From a virus (lineage: Duplodnaviria > Caudoviricetes): a stretch of 64,000 nucleotides of DNA. Of the stretch, positions 50,101-58,834 are shown one piece after another (the first letter of the stretch is position 1; every line of letters begins with the position of its first letter). The DNA lies in IMG/VR virus record IMGVR_UViG_3300031555_001437. One strand, 5' to 3'. Made by a program: the position numbers and the translations under genes. The notes below the pieces were generated by a model. The model saw only the letters and a list, made by a program, of their open reading frames with translations. It made no database searches and was not told where the DNA came from.

Positions 50101-52584
50101 ATTGACCTCGAGAAGCAAAAGAAGAGCAATGCAGAGTCTGATTTGGCTAGTGCACTGACTGGTTTTGAGGAAATTAAGGCCGCTGGTTATACTGCTGCGG
50201 ACGAAGAATACCGCAGCGCAGAGCAAGCAATTCTTGACCTAAAGCAATCTATCCTTGATAGTGATATCGCCATGGTTAAATGGGGTAAAACTATCCGCGA
50301 TCTTGAGTTTGAAAAATTCGAGCGTGGTGTTTCTCGTGCGAATGATGCAATCGATGAGGTGCAAAAGATATACGACCTGACATCAAAAGATGACGTTGCA
50401 GACGAAGACGGTTCTTGGACCAAAGATGGTATCACGTCTCTTGGCCTTATGTATGAGCAGATGGAACTTGCCCAGCAAATAGCTGCTAAATATGCCGACG
50501 AAATCAAAGAGCTTGACGAGGCATACGCAAACGGCGAGATGTCTGAAAAAGAATATTATGAGCGTCTGCAGCAGCTAAAAGACGGGCAGTGGGGCGCTAT
50601 CGATTCTTATGAGGCCGCAAGAGAGGCCATAGTCGATATGGAAGAAGCCCGAATCGATATGGTCGAAGAGGGAATTAACAAAGAAATCGAAGCATATCGT
50701 GAACTCATTGAGACCAAAAAAGAAGAGCTAGACGCAGAACGTGATCTGCATGGTTTTAGAAATAAGATTAAGGATCAAACAAAAGATATTACATCCTTAA
50801 CCCGCAAAATAGCGGCTTTGTCTGGTAGCGACAATGCTGCTGATATCGCGGAACGTCGCAAATTGCAAGCTCAGCTGGCAGAAGCACAAGAACAACTAGA
50901 TGAAACCTACTACGACCACTCGAAAGATCAGCAAGGCAAAGCTCTCGATGATGAACTTGAGTCCTTCCAAGACATAAAAGAAAATTACGTTGAAACTCTT
51001 AGGGAGTCTCTTGATGATACTGCTGCTATCATCAGTGCGAAGATTAACGAATTGCTTGTCAACGCAGACACTGTACAGCAGGGTATCAACAACACGGCTG
51101 CCGAATACGGCATTACGTTGACTGATTTGTTAACAAATCCTTGGAATTCTGGTTCTAACAGTGCGGACGATTTTGCGGCACAAGTTGGGCTCGACTTGGC
51201 ATCTTTGCTTGGCGAAAGTGGTGCGATTACTCTGTTCGAAAATCAAGCAACTACTGCCATTCAAGGTGCATTTGGTGCGGCAAGACAGTCGTCTACCGAC
51301 TTCTCAGGTGGTGTAAGCATTGATGTTAATTCGTTGATGGCTGAGCCAGATGGTCCACTATATAAACTAAAACAGTTCTTAACAGACAATGTTCCTAATG
51401 CGTTCGATGCTGCTGGAGATGCTTCTGACGAGACTAAAAATGATATCGGAGAAGACGCAGATGAATCTGAGACGTCGGTTACAGATTTTGAAAAATTATT
51501 AAATCAGGTTCTTGACAGAATTGCAGAGAAGCTTGGCACAGACAAAGAAACTGTGCTCAGTGACCTAAAATACCCGTGGGAAAATGCTGGCGCTGTCTTA
51601 GATATGTTGTTTGGCGATAAAATCACTGGCGAAAATGGTTTGTTGAAAAAGATTCTTACAGAGACTCAGACCTGGGCCGACAACATGAAAAACGGTCTTG
51701 GCTCCGCTTTTGATATTCCACAGAGCACTCTCAATACCTTTAGCACAAAGGTTGGAGAGATTTTAGATAAACTGCAGAGCAAAGCAGAAGAGTTGGCGAA
51801 AGAACTCCAAAATGCTGCAAACACCGAAACTCCAAGCCACACTGGTAATGGAAGCGGCAATTCTGACGAAGACGATTTTGGAAGTGTAGACGGAAGTCAG
51901 ACAAAGCAGCCAAGCTCAGCAGTTAAAGCTATCCAGAAATATCTCAATCAATACTTTGGTGAAAATCTAACAGTTGATGGTCTGTGGGGAGCAAATACTA
52001 CACTAGCGGTTAAGCGCGCGCAAGCTAAAGCTGGTACTGCCTCAAATGGTAAATGGGACGCAAAAACTGTTAAGGCAATAGCAAACTATTGGACAGAAAA
52101 GTTACATGAAACAAGATACAACAATAATGGGTCTAGTATGATTGGCCAGGCATTAAGAGTTTATCAAAACGCTGCGACTTCTATTCCTGTTGCGTATCAC
52201 GCTAAAGGTACTCTCGGCACTAAAAAAGACGAATTCGCGATCACAGACGAAAGTTGGATAGGTGAAGAGATTACTCTTGCCGCTGGAAAGAACGGTCAAA
52301 TCCAGTACCTCAAGAAAGGCTCCTCCGTGATGCCTTCGGATATCAGTACAAACCTAATTGAGTGGGGTAAGCTCAATCCAGAGATGATGAATCTCAACGG
52401 CGGAGTAAACTTCAATATGATTAACAATGCTACAACTAAGCCAGAATTCAACCTAACGTTTGATAGTTTGGTTCACGTAGATAAGTGTTCTCAGGATACT
52501 TTAAAAGATCTTGAAAAGATGGTGGATGTCAGAATCAATAACCTAATGAAACAGGTTAATTATGCAATAAATAGATTCAAATAA
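44170..52584 (+). CDS. Tape measure protein, exon 2, with C-terminal peptidoglycan-binding domain
   Basis: Starts NNFAVSSDGIATALQDSAS (TMP core). Hydrophobic Gly/Ala segments, long coiled coil, PG_binding_1-like 'VKAIQKYL...LTVDGLWG..T..AVK..Q', then 'YHAKGT'. Confidence 0.9.
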   Translation, partial: NNFAVSSDGIATALQDSASSLMAANNSYEEAVALIAAANRVVQDPNSVGSALRTISLRLRGTSVKELESAGEDTSGVIESKSKLRSKVKSLSGVDILTDTGAYKSTYEILLEISKVWSDISDTDQAALLEILAGKNRANTAAAILGNQKDLEEAYASALKAEGSALKENEKYLDSIQGRLDQFTNAVQTMWSNTISSELIKNVVQFGTGVVNIVEDIGLIQTALLATFAIIMKTQKLSIKEFLVDIWKWIVNLNDSLSRLPDKLQNVKSVLSGIKESVSATIKSMAEYAKALRSIDSESLNSVLGKAGLSGPTKELSAQQKQTAMSVLGEAAANKELTGQQAVALAQKYKLIKAEDGLNVAYASNVMRVAGVNRETRKSIISTLGLSTSTKKLTKDEIINAAAKAGITDAAEQETIANILLAKSNMTLKESIGGLLKTMAPMLAIAGVIAVVTLLRKAIDWATETMEEAQEAFDEMSDELSDIKQDLQDLESQLETINDQIDELQNKGTLSFTEEEELSRLKEESAELERQISLKNQLYSQQQKKVNSEAVDIANKYKNVGVKSGKTTGERAASWGKGGAVAGAIGGVAAAAILAIAGAVTGGVAWGVAAALGVAGAVSGASSGGMIGGILGAAEEKVDDSLDNMRERYAELEKEYSEAQTKYRETGKDKHKEKYDEASEALSEYEAEMAQYLSEMDAYYSSIDLSVYDPVKDAEEIARLRQEMNDFYDTQDKWAIQTGGADAKYNAITRIFGQNADETLKDIKADIEGVIKSTESTGKDVDINLEDMFPGDEEFNKFKQRLYDMGIYVSDVERYFNDLAEAKDDALNTDDYIGVAKNISSITDKLESLKSVISEIRENGIVSSKTMDELNESFGSIDAISDEWNRFVEVMMLGSASTAEMKAAVEDLVGAWLDNQVLNGPMTEYEKVAISLQLAALGVKNAFEVVNDAQKEAGLNAVSDAIQDKLQKKDAIEAVDAKDRTKEQKEQLKQLTEELKNVDVDSDWIASIAEQYGLTNDELRDHIDLLKRKAELEKQQAEIDAYNTAKENKETLEKQLEEEKDKYTVKTDRKGNTRRTRHTETTYFDSEGNKVSKEEYEAHKAKIDELQDKIDKEEKIIVDLKPSANENEISEELEDINKQIESGITDSVEIKLDFEDFDADIDSIQNAYSTLTDAVKEYNKNGYLTLDNLQSLLSLSPEYLACLQMENGQLSINRQALEAMIQAKLADAKATVVQKAITQLNELATRKETDAINNSSVAASNAVGGLGTYAAALSNVSKDAITAAGSVAAFNAAVAGAQANELVDQAEIDAILSSMDAQLQMIDDVSLNLNTNFKSIVSPNGGGSGSDKTDEANEALDNLTKKYERKVNNLENQQEYLQNKIDTLEAQKEYDPQNAKGISTDYYEEQIRLENEKLKLYRAEYAELSKLEKTDEVAERMWELEHAIQESAQRTLEFRQSIAELYNTAFEDIQTAGDNKDDYLQDQKDYIEAYIEAQGRDTTKADLEQLRTITEQQRKDREETLEDLKATLKQGVDSGAIKEGSDIWIQMNDEIRATELAIQDDTKAINEYSEAIKSIPVEVFDRMREAFGFRDQVYNNQIDYIEGWMELAEKQGYDVPNEALDKILAIYGNAKENNLADIYSAMEDLPKIEAEFGVNSEEYQNAYLKLSDLIKQGLDIDNAIADTQQRQKEQPINEFEDTKDWFAFEDSLIEKRKESIENYISKLEESGDFDGLETKYGELIQAEQDDIDMNMQELTATEAAIKAAIDAGYTMEDEELQNLILHYGDVESEIAASRDRQAELNKEIDSIPVKKLEELKNGYAFINDVLGSYRDVTKGWIDLFKNVGSAIPDELYNELFEINELMQGHNTNNLADSLAAFEDIKAKYAPNTKEYQDAVNHIASLYMEEVNLATEAQSYNQEMAEANEEAGNIPVENFERMRDAFAFIADVLASTQGYIESYISLFEELGVDVPMELYDKLIDLEKQKKSNAESDLASALTGFEEIKAAGYTAADEEYRSAEQAILDLKQSILDSDIAMVKWGKTIRDLEFEKFERGVSRANDAIDEVQKIYDLTSKDDVADEDGSWTKDGITSLGLMYEQMELAQQIAAKYADEIKELDEAYANGEMSEKEYYERLQQLKDGQWGAIDSYEAAREAIVDMEEARIDMVEEGINKEIEAYRELIETKKEELDAERDLHGFRNKIKDQTKDITSLTRKIAALSGSDNAADIAERRKLQAQLAEAQEQLDETYYDHSKDQQGKALDDELESFQDIKENYVETLRESLDDTAAIISAKINELLVNADTVQQGINNTAAEYGITLTDLLTNPWNSGSNSADDFAAQVGLDLASLLGESGAITLFENQATTAIQGAFGAARQSSTDFSGGVSIDVNSLMAEPDGPLYKLKQFLTDNVPNAFDAAGDASDETKNDIGEDADESETSVTDFEKLLNQVLDRIAEKLGTDKETVLSDLKYPWENAGAVLDMLFGDKITGENGLLKKILTETQTWADNMKNGLGSAFDIPQSTLNTFSTKVGEILDKLQSKAEELAKELQNAANTETPSHTGNGSGNSDEDDFGSVDGSQTKQPSSAVKAIQKYLNQYFGENLTVDGLWGANTTLAVKRAQAKAGTASNGKWDAKTVKAIANYWTEKLHETRYNNNGSSMIGQALRVYQNAATSIPVAYHAKGTLGTKKDEFAITDESWIGEEITLAAGKNGQIQYLKKGSSVMPSDISTNLIEWGKLNPEMMNLNGGVNFNMINNATTKPEFNLTFDSLVHVDKCSQDTLKDLEKMVDVRINNLMKQVNYAINRFK

Positions 52585-52598
52585 GATTAAAGCAATTT

Positions 52599-52622
52599 GG
52601 AGGAGAGCAATCTCCTCCTTTT
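52599..52622 (+). terminator. Intrinsic terminator
   Basis: GGAGGAGA-GCAA-TCTCCTCC followed by TTTT. Confidence 0.8.
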
Positions 52623-52645
52623 GCTATATAAAAAGGAGAAAATAT

Positions 52646-52837
52646 ATGATTTCAAATGAAGATGTGTATAGATGTTATAGCGTCAATTTGATGCAACTGT
52701 TGTCTAAAAATAATGTGAGATATTTTTTGATAGCACGCGATATAAAATCAAACCGCACATTTTGGGCATATGAAAAAACAAACGAATTTAACATGATATT
52801 AGATCAATGGATTAAGAATAATCCAAAACACATATGA
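52646..52837 (+). CDS. DUF5659-like small protein
   Basis: 'YRCYS.NL...L...RY...FW.YEKT...LDQW'. RBS AAGGAG. Confidence 0.7.
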   Translation: MISNEDVYRCYSVNLMQLLSKNNVRYFLIARDIKSNRTFWAYEKTNEFNMILDQWIKNNPKHI

Positions 52838-52864
52838 ATAGTTTGCTTGGGAGGTATATATTAT

Positions 52865-54166
52865 ATGAGGAAACAGCTAGGTTTTTTACATGAAACAGAT
52901 GCGAGTCTGATGGAGTATATGGTTGACTTAAATGACGCCTATAAGTACAAAAGATATGCTAAAGAATATATTTGGGTGCGCTGCCCAGCGTGCGGTAGGC
53001 TGTCATATAGAGCAGTGTATGACTTTGTGCAACGACCAACGTATTGCAAGTTCTGTTGTGATGGTATGTCATATCCTAATAAATTTATGTTAAATTTCTT
53101 GCTGCAACTTGGACTGAATGTTGAACCAGAAAAGATTTTTGATTGGTCTGAAAAGAAGAGATATGATGATTACATAGAAAGCCACAATTTAATTATAGAA
53201 AATCACGGTATACAGCATTACGAAAATATTAATAAAAAAATTTACCTTCCGTTGGAGAAACAAATGGAGATAGATGCGTATAAAAAACAATTGGCGCTTA
53301 ACCACGATATAGAACACTACGTCGAAATAGATTGCAGACATTCAGAAATGGAGTGGATTCGTCAATCTATTATGACATCTAAATTGCCTACAATTCTGTC
53401 TTTTCAAGAACAAGATATAGATTGGAACGAATGTGATTGTCGGTCGAAAAAAAGTGTGCTTATCGAGGCTTGCAATCTGTGGAATGATGGAATACACAAC
53501 ACTATGGAAATAGCAAGCGAATTGCACATTTCAAGATCAACTGTAAGTAAGTATTTAAAAAGTGGCGCAAAATTAGGTTTGTGTGAATATGACCCGTATG
53601 TAGAAATGCAAAAAGTATGGGATCTTGGTAGGACTGAGGAAGTGCAAAAGAAGAAGTGTAAACCAGTCGCCGTATATAATACGATTGGAATTGTCGCCGT
53701 ATTTGAGAGCGCAGTGCAATTGTCAAACGAATCAAAGCGATTATTTGGCGTATATATTAGCCGACCAATGACCACAAGCGTTTGTAACGGCAATAGCAAA
53801 ACACACGTTGGATTACGTTTAGAATTTATCACAAAAGAAGAATACGCCATGTATTATAATGTTTTTGGCGGCAATGTTAATTTAGAAAACTTTAACCCGA
53901 ATATTAGATATTCCTCTAGAGAAAAACCTATCGCGGCGTTTTACCAAGAAGTTCTTGTTGATACGTTTGGCGGAAGGATGGAGGCTGCGCTCGTTTTAAC
54001 AGAAAGGTTTGGTGTGACATTTTCTCCTAACGGCATAGTTCATGTATGTCTTGGTCAACAAAAACAGCACAATGGTTTTATTTTTAAACACATTACCAGA
54101 GAAGAATACGAACGCAACAAAATGAATAATACTGAAATAATTTTAAAGGAGGTTTTGGCTGTATGA
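52865..54166 (+). CDS. Free-standing putative homing endonuclease (Zn ribbon + Vsr/PD-(D/E)xK-like nuclease + HTH/NUMOD-like repeats)
   Basis: CPAC...CKFC, 'RYD.YI....IIE.HG.QHY', HTH 'IASELHISRSTVSKYL', and two 'KP...F.S....C.G...H.G..F' repeats. ATG 52865 after GGGAGG. Confidence 0.7.
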   Translation: MRKQLGFLHETDASLMEYMVDLNDAYKYKRYAKEYIWVRCPACGRLSYRAVYDFVQRPTYCKFCCDGMSYPNKFMLNFLLQLGLNVEPEKIFDWSEKKRYDDYIESHNLIIENHGIQHYENINKKIYLPLEKQMEIDAYKKQLALNHDIEHYVEIDCRHSEMEWIRQSIMTSKLPTILSFQEQDIDWNECDCRSKKSVLIEACNLWNDGIHNTMEIASELHISRSTVSKYLKSGAKLGLCEYDPYVEMQKVWDLGRTEEVQKKKCKPVAVYNTIGIVAVFESAVQLSNESKRLFGVYISRPMTTSVCNGNSKTHVGLRLEFITKEEYAMYYNVFGGNVNLENFNPNIRYSSREKPIAAFYQEVLVDTFGGRMEAALVLTERFGVTFSPNGIVHVCLGQQKQHNGFIFKHITREEYERNKMNNTEIILKEVLAV

Positions 54167-55131
54167 TTAGTCCGCAAAGAATCAAGTGGATGGGGATATC
54201 ATCATTAGAAATGGATGTGCATACACACCTAAGTTTTGAAGGGGATAGCGGAGACGTTGAAACCGCACTTGGTAGAGAAGCCGTCATATCTGAAACATAT
54301 AACAATACATTTAAAAGACCTCATGGGTATAGTTGGAACAACGACTTTACTTCGACCGTGACCTTTATTAAGAATGATTTCTCTGACATCACACCTGAAG
54401 AGAATAGAAAAATCCTTACGTGGCTGACAAGGAGTAAAAACGCCTCCTTTTTGGATGTTTATCACGACGACTCCGAAGTAATCTCCTATTCCATATTAGG
54501 TAACTGGACGTCGATCTCGCAGTATAAAATGGGTAATGGCCGCGTAGTGGGTATAATTGCTACGTTCGACTCGGCGTTTCCGTGGGCCCTGTCTCCGTTG
54601 CGTACAGTCATAAAAGAAATTGGTGAAACAGAAATCGTCCTTGACGACTATAACGCAGTCCACACAGACTGTCCAGAAGATGCAATTTACCCTCGCATCA
54701 CTATCGAACAGAATGAAATTACATCTGTTGTCGAGATAGACCACTCGATGACCGAAGAGGACGAGTGGGTTGATGGAACTGTATATCACCACGGCGGCAC
54801 TTATTACTGGCGCGATGCTAAAGGCGTTAAGCAAACGTCTGTAACAAAACCAACGGGCATTGAGACTACTAGTGTGACAATAACCAATGTTTACGACGAC
54901 GAGAGTAAATCTATAAGCACCACTGTAAAAAACAATATCAAAGGTGAGACAGTTGTTCTCGACGGTGCAAATCGAATAGTGTCCAGCGATAGAATGTCTG
55001 GCCGCATTTTTGGCGACGACTTTGATTGGGATTGGCTGCCGCTGTTTAACGGCTCTAATAAGATTTATGTCATTGGTAATTGCAAACTAACCTTGGAATG
55101 GCGAGAGCCAATTAAGTGCGGCTCTCTGTAA
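54163..55131 (+). CDS. Distal tail protein (Dit-like)
   Basis: First structural gene after the TMP. 'ILTWL', 'PWALS' and 'FDWDWLPLFNGSNKI' Dit-like motifs. Confidence 0.75.
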   Translation: MISPQRIKWMGISSLEMDVHTHLSFEGDSGDVETALGREAVISETYNNTFKRPHGYSWNNDFTSTVTFIKNDFSDITPEENRKILTWLTRSKNASFLDVYHDDSEVISYSILGNWTSISQYKMGNGRVVGIIATFDSAFPWALSPLRTVIKEIGETEIVLDDYNAVHTDCPEDAIYPRITIEQNEITSVVEIDHSMTEEDEWVDGTVYHHGGTYYWRDAKGVKQTSVTKPTGIETTSVTITNVYDDESKSISTTVKNNIKGETVVLDGANRIVSSDRMSGRIFGDDFDWDWLPLFNGSNKIYVIGNCKLTLEWREPIKCGSL

Positions 55132-55143
55132 GGTGGTGTAATT

Positions 55144-58100
55144 ATGTATTTAAGATTACCCAAAGACTTGTTTGATAATTATAGTCCACCGCAGATGTTC
55201 TTATGTACTGCTGGAGGCAAAATCATTGGTGAACTGCCAGCGTATGCGGTGAGTCTTGACGCAAAGTGGAACGCATATAGCGAAGCAAGTTTCTCTATCG
55301 ACCGACAGTATGTAGATGTACTGACTGGCGAGACAAAAGTTCATCCATTGTTTGACAAAGCAGAAGGGTTGCGACAGGTTTATATGCGCAATATGGGATA
55401 TTTCATCATTCAAGACCCAGATTATACTAGTGGCGATAATGATTCAAAAACCATATCAATGTTTAGCACAGAATATTCAACTGGAAGTAAGTATCTCGAA
55501 AATTTCTACATTAATACTGGCGAAGTTGACTCAAAGGAAGTTACGTATTTGGCAAGTATTTATGGTGAAAATTATACGATAGATACCCCGTACGAGAGAG
55601 CTGTGTCTGGCGCATACGACTCATATCAAAGCTATTATATCAAAGAATATTCTGATAATGATTCATATGTTTATTCTCAGATGCAAATAGCTGATGAAGA
55701 CATATACCAATCACACTTTAATGGTGGGGCAAATTCTGGTATTTTGTTGTATGTGAAAAAATACCCAAATGTCAGATTTTATTATCCTACAACGCCAGAG
55801 CTAAGCTTGTTGCATTTGATATTTGAAAAGATTCCAGATTGGTCTATCGGCAATGTTGACTCATCTTTGTGGCGTAAAGAGCGTAAGTTTGATGAAGAGC
55901 GCGTTGCGGTTTATGACTTTTTGATGAATCAGGTTGCTGATACGTTTAAGTGTGTCGTTGAATGGGATACTATTAATCGTCGAGTTAATTTTTACGAAGA
56001 GGCAGAGGATGGTATTACAGAAGATAATACAGTGCAAACAAGATTTGAAACAGATGTGTATATTAGCAAAAATAATCTTGCAAAAGAAATAAATATCTCT
56101 TACTCTGCCGATGATATCAAAACAAAATTGAAAGTAACTGGCTCTGACGGTCTGACTGTTCGTGAGGTAAACCTTGGCAGAAATTACATCTTGAATCTTG
56201 ATTATTATCATGATTTAGACTGGATGGAACAAGATTTATACGACGCATATCAAAACTACCTTGATACGTGTGAAGCGTACTCTCCGAAATACACGGAGGC
56301 GGTGCAAGGTCGTGTGTCGGCGTATAATAAATGGAACGATTTGATGCATGCGGTGCCAGTTACCGACGATGTCGTTCTTATTGGAGACGAATTTAAGAAA
56401 CTTTATTGTTTGTTTACCCCAATCAGCACTGCGTATGTGTCGTATACTATCAGCGACAGTAATCTTGGAGGAACGATTGATAATTTGTACGCCGACCCAG
56501 AATGCGCAACGGTTATTGATAAGACTACACTTGAAGATGGGGTCGAGTTTACTGTACAAGGATACGCATATGCATACCAGGCAAGCAATGATGTTTATGT
56601 TTGTAAGCGAAATATTTCAACGTCAAGCGCTATGGAAGCATTAACAAAACAACTTGGTTTATATCTTGTCAATGAAGACACTGAAGCAAATAAGAAAGAT
56701 AATGTGCTTTTGACATTAAAAAATGTTAATTCTGATACTGCGACAGTACGTATTTACAATAATGGGTCAAAGGGCGAGCCAGAATATATGATTCAGGTGG
56801 TTGTCGTTCAAGCTGGAAGTGGCATAACAGAACAACCTTCTTTATTTACAATGAAACAATGGATTACTGGAGCTTTGACTGCACAAGTCATGGGTTTGAT
56901 TGACTACACGGTTGCATCTATTGGAACTATGGGAGCATATTTCGTACTTGCCAAAGATGAGAGAATAAAGGCCAATCTTGAGGATTATGGTGTAAATCTA
57001 TTACAAGAAAAATATGATACATATATGACTATTTTTAAGGTGCAGACCGAGGGGATGTTGTCGCAAGATAAATATCAATGCACCGCAAGCGACGAAGCTC
57101 CGACTGGATCAATTGCAGAAAATACTATGTGGTTAGACACAAATTCTAGCCCAGTAAAGTTGTATAAATATACTGGAGGCAGATGGGCGGAGTACGAGGG
57201 CGACCCAAAAGACTTTGAGAATTATATACGATACAAGGACAATTATGACAAATTGATTGCCGTTCAAGAGGTTTTGCTGGCAAAGAAGTCGAAGGCTGAA
57301 TATATCTTAAACGGATATGCAGTGCCAAACAGAAAGATTGTCATTGGTGTAAACGATGGATCTTCTCTTGAGGGTAACATGTATAGAGCAGCACTTCAAC
57401 ACTTTGATGGATATTCTGTTACCAGACAAGATATGGACACGTCTTTGCCGTTATATACGTTTACAACGTCCAAATATCCAGAAGAAACTTTTGTCGTGTA
57501 TCTTAATGGTACAACTCCGTATGTCTCATATGCAAACTCTCAGGGCGTATATCAGGCAACTATGAATCGTATTAACCAAATGACCGACTTGGAGAAGTTC
57601 TTTACGGCAGAACAGTGGCGCGATTTGACTCATTTTATTCGCGAAGACGAATACAGTGATGATAATTTCTTGTTGACAGGGTATGAATCTGAAGAGGAAA
57701 TTATTGAAATCAGCAAAGAACTCATGGAGACTGCAAGCAAAGAGCTCAAGACGTTGTCGCGTCCAAGCCTGAAGTTCTCGATGACTATGGCTAATATTTT
57801 GGCATTATCAGAATTCGAACCTCTTATGAGTCAGTTCCAGCTTGGCAATTTTGTACGAGTTCATATTAGAGATAAGTATGTAAAGAGAGCAAGGCTACTT
57901 GAGGTTCACTTGAATTTCGATGACCTGAGTGATTTTAGTGCAGATTTTGGTGACCTTGTTACGACGCGAAGCGAAATTGATAAACACGCTGAACTGTTAA
58001 AACAGGCTGTTACAGCTGGTAAGCAAGTGGCGGCATCGGCTGGAGAGTGGCAGAAAGCGGTTGACAAGTCAAATAGACTTGAAGAATCTATTGCTGCTGG

Positions 58101-58818
58101 TCTTCAAGATGTTACTTTGGAAATTGGCAAGGCAAGCGGCCAAAGTATTGAGTTTGGACCATATGGATTGCGCGGAAGAAAGTTAGTTGATGGAACTACT
58201 GATCAATACGAACAAGAACAGGTCGCTCTGATGAACAATAAATTGGTATTTACTGCGGACGGTTGGAAAACAAGTGCATCTGCATTTGGTAAATTTACAA
58301 TTGATGGTGTTGACCAGTGGGGTCTGCTCGCTAAGGCGATGATCGGAGGGTATATCGAGGGTGCTATACTGAAGGGCGGAAGTCTAGAGGTTGGAGGCGA
58401 AGGTGGCACGTTTCGAGTTTATCCTAACGGTTCTGTTCAAATTCTTGGCCCAAACAACGACAATGTCTATGCTTCTTCTGGTGACGTTCATACATTAACC
58501 AAGGCACTACAGTATCAGACCGAACTCGTTTACGATGGCTCGACTATATTTTCTGACTTAAACGACGAATGTATCGTCACTTGTAAAGTTTTAAGACTCA
58601 ATAGCACTACTGAACAATACGACGATATCACGGAGCAACTGAATGGTATTGCTACGTTTACATGGAGACGTATTCCGTCTCCTTGGAAACCAAGCGCAAC
58701 GCCAGCGACAGATGCAAGTTTGAAATTCAATCAAATCAAAATAACACACGAAGATGTTGTGAAGAATGCACAATTTACATGCCAAGTAGAGTTTGATGAC
58801 TCTGCGCTAAGTTCTTAA
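55144..58818 (+). CDS. Tail-associated (Tal/hub-like) minor structural protein
   Basis: Follows Dit. 'YDFL...A..F.C...DT..R.VN', 'TKLKV.G...L....VN.G..YI.NL.YY' and 'P...F......LGNFVRV' hub-protein patterns. Confidence 0.75.
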   Translation: MYLRLPKDLFDNYSPPQMFLCTAGGKIIGELPAYAVSLDAKWNAYSEASFSIDRQYVDVLTGETKVHPLFDKAEGLRQVYMRNMGYFIIQDPDYTSGDNDSKTISMFSTEYSTGSKYLENFYINTGEVDSKEVTYLASIYGENYTIDTPYERAVSGAYDSYQSYYIKEYSDNDSYVYSQMQIADEDIYQSHFNGGANSGILLYVKKYPNVRFYYPTTPELSLLHLIFEKIPDWSIGNVDSSLWRKERKFDEERVAVYDFLMNQVADTFKCVVEWDTINRRVNFYEEAEDGITEDNTVQTRFETDVYISKNNLAKEINISYSADDIKTKLKVTGSDGLTVREVNLGRNYILNLDYYHDLDWMEQDLYDAYQNYLDTCEAYSPKYTEAVQGRVSAYNKWNDLMHAVPVTDDVVLIGDEFKKLYCLFTPISTAYVSYTISDSNLGGTIDNLYADPECATVIDKTTLEDGVEFTVQGYAYAYQASNDVYVCKRNISTSSAMEALTKQLGLYLVNEDTEANKKDNVLLTLKNVNSDTATVRIYNNGSKGEPEYMIQVVVVQAGSGITEQPSLFTMKQWITGALTAQVMGLIDYTVASIGTMGAYFVLAKDERIKANLEDYGVNLLQEKYDTYMTIFKVQTEGMLSQDKYQCTASDEAPTGSIAENTMWLDTNSSPVKLYKYTGGRWAEYEGDPKDFENYIRYKDNYDKLIAVQEVLLAKKSKAEYILNGYAVPNRKIVIGVNDGSSLEGNMYRAALQHFDGYSVTRQDMDTSLPLYTFTTSKYPEETFVVYLNGTTPYVSYANSQGVYQATMNRINQMTDLEKFFTAEQWRDLTHFIREDEYSDDNFLLTGYESEEEIIEISKELMETASKELKTLSRPSLKFSMTMANILALSEFEPLMSQFQLGNFVRVHIRDKYVKRARLLEVHLNFDDLSDFSADFGDLVTTRSEIDKHAELLKQAVTAGKQVAASAGEWQKAVDKSNRLEESIAAGLQDVTLEIGKASGQSIEFGPYGLRGRKLVDGTTDQYEQEQVALMNNKLVFTADGWKTSASAFGKFTIDGVDQWGLLAKAMIGGYIEGAILKGGSLEVGGEGGTFRVYPNGSVQILGPNNDNVYASSGDVHTLTKALQYQTELVYDGSTIFSDLNDECIVTCKVLRLNSTTEQYDDITEQLNGIATFTWRRIPSPWKPSATPATDASLKFNQIKITHEDVVKNAQFTCQVEFDDSALSS

Positions 58819-58834
58819 GAAAGGAGGATATGCT

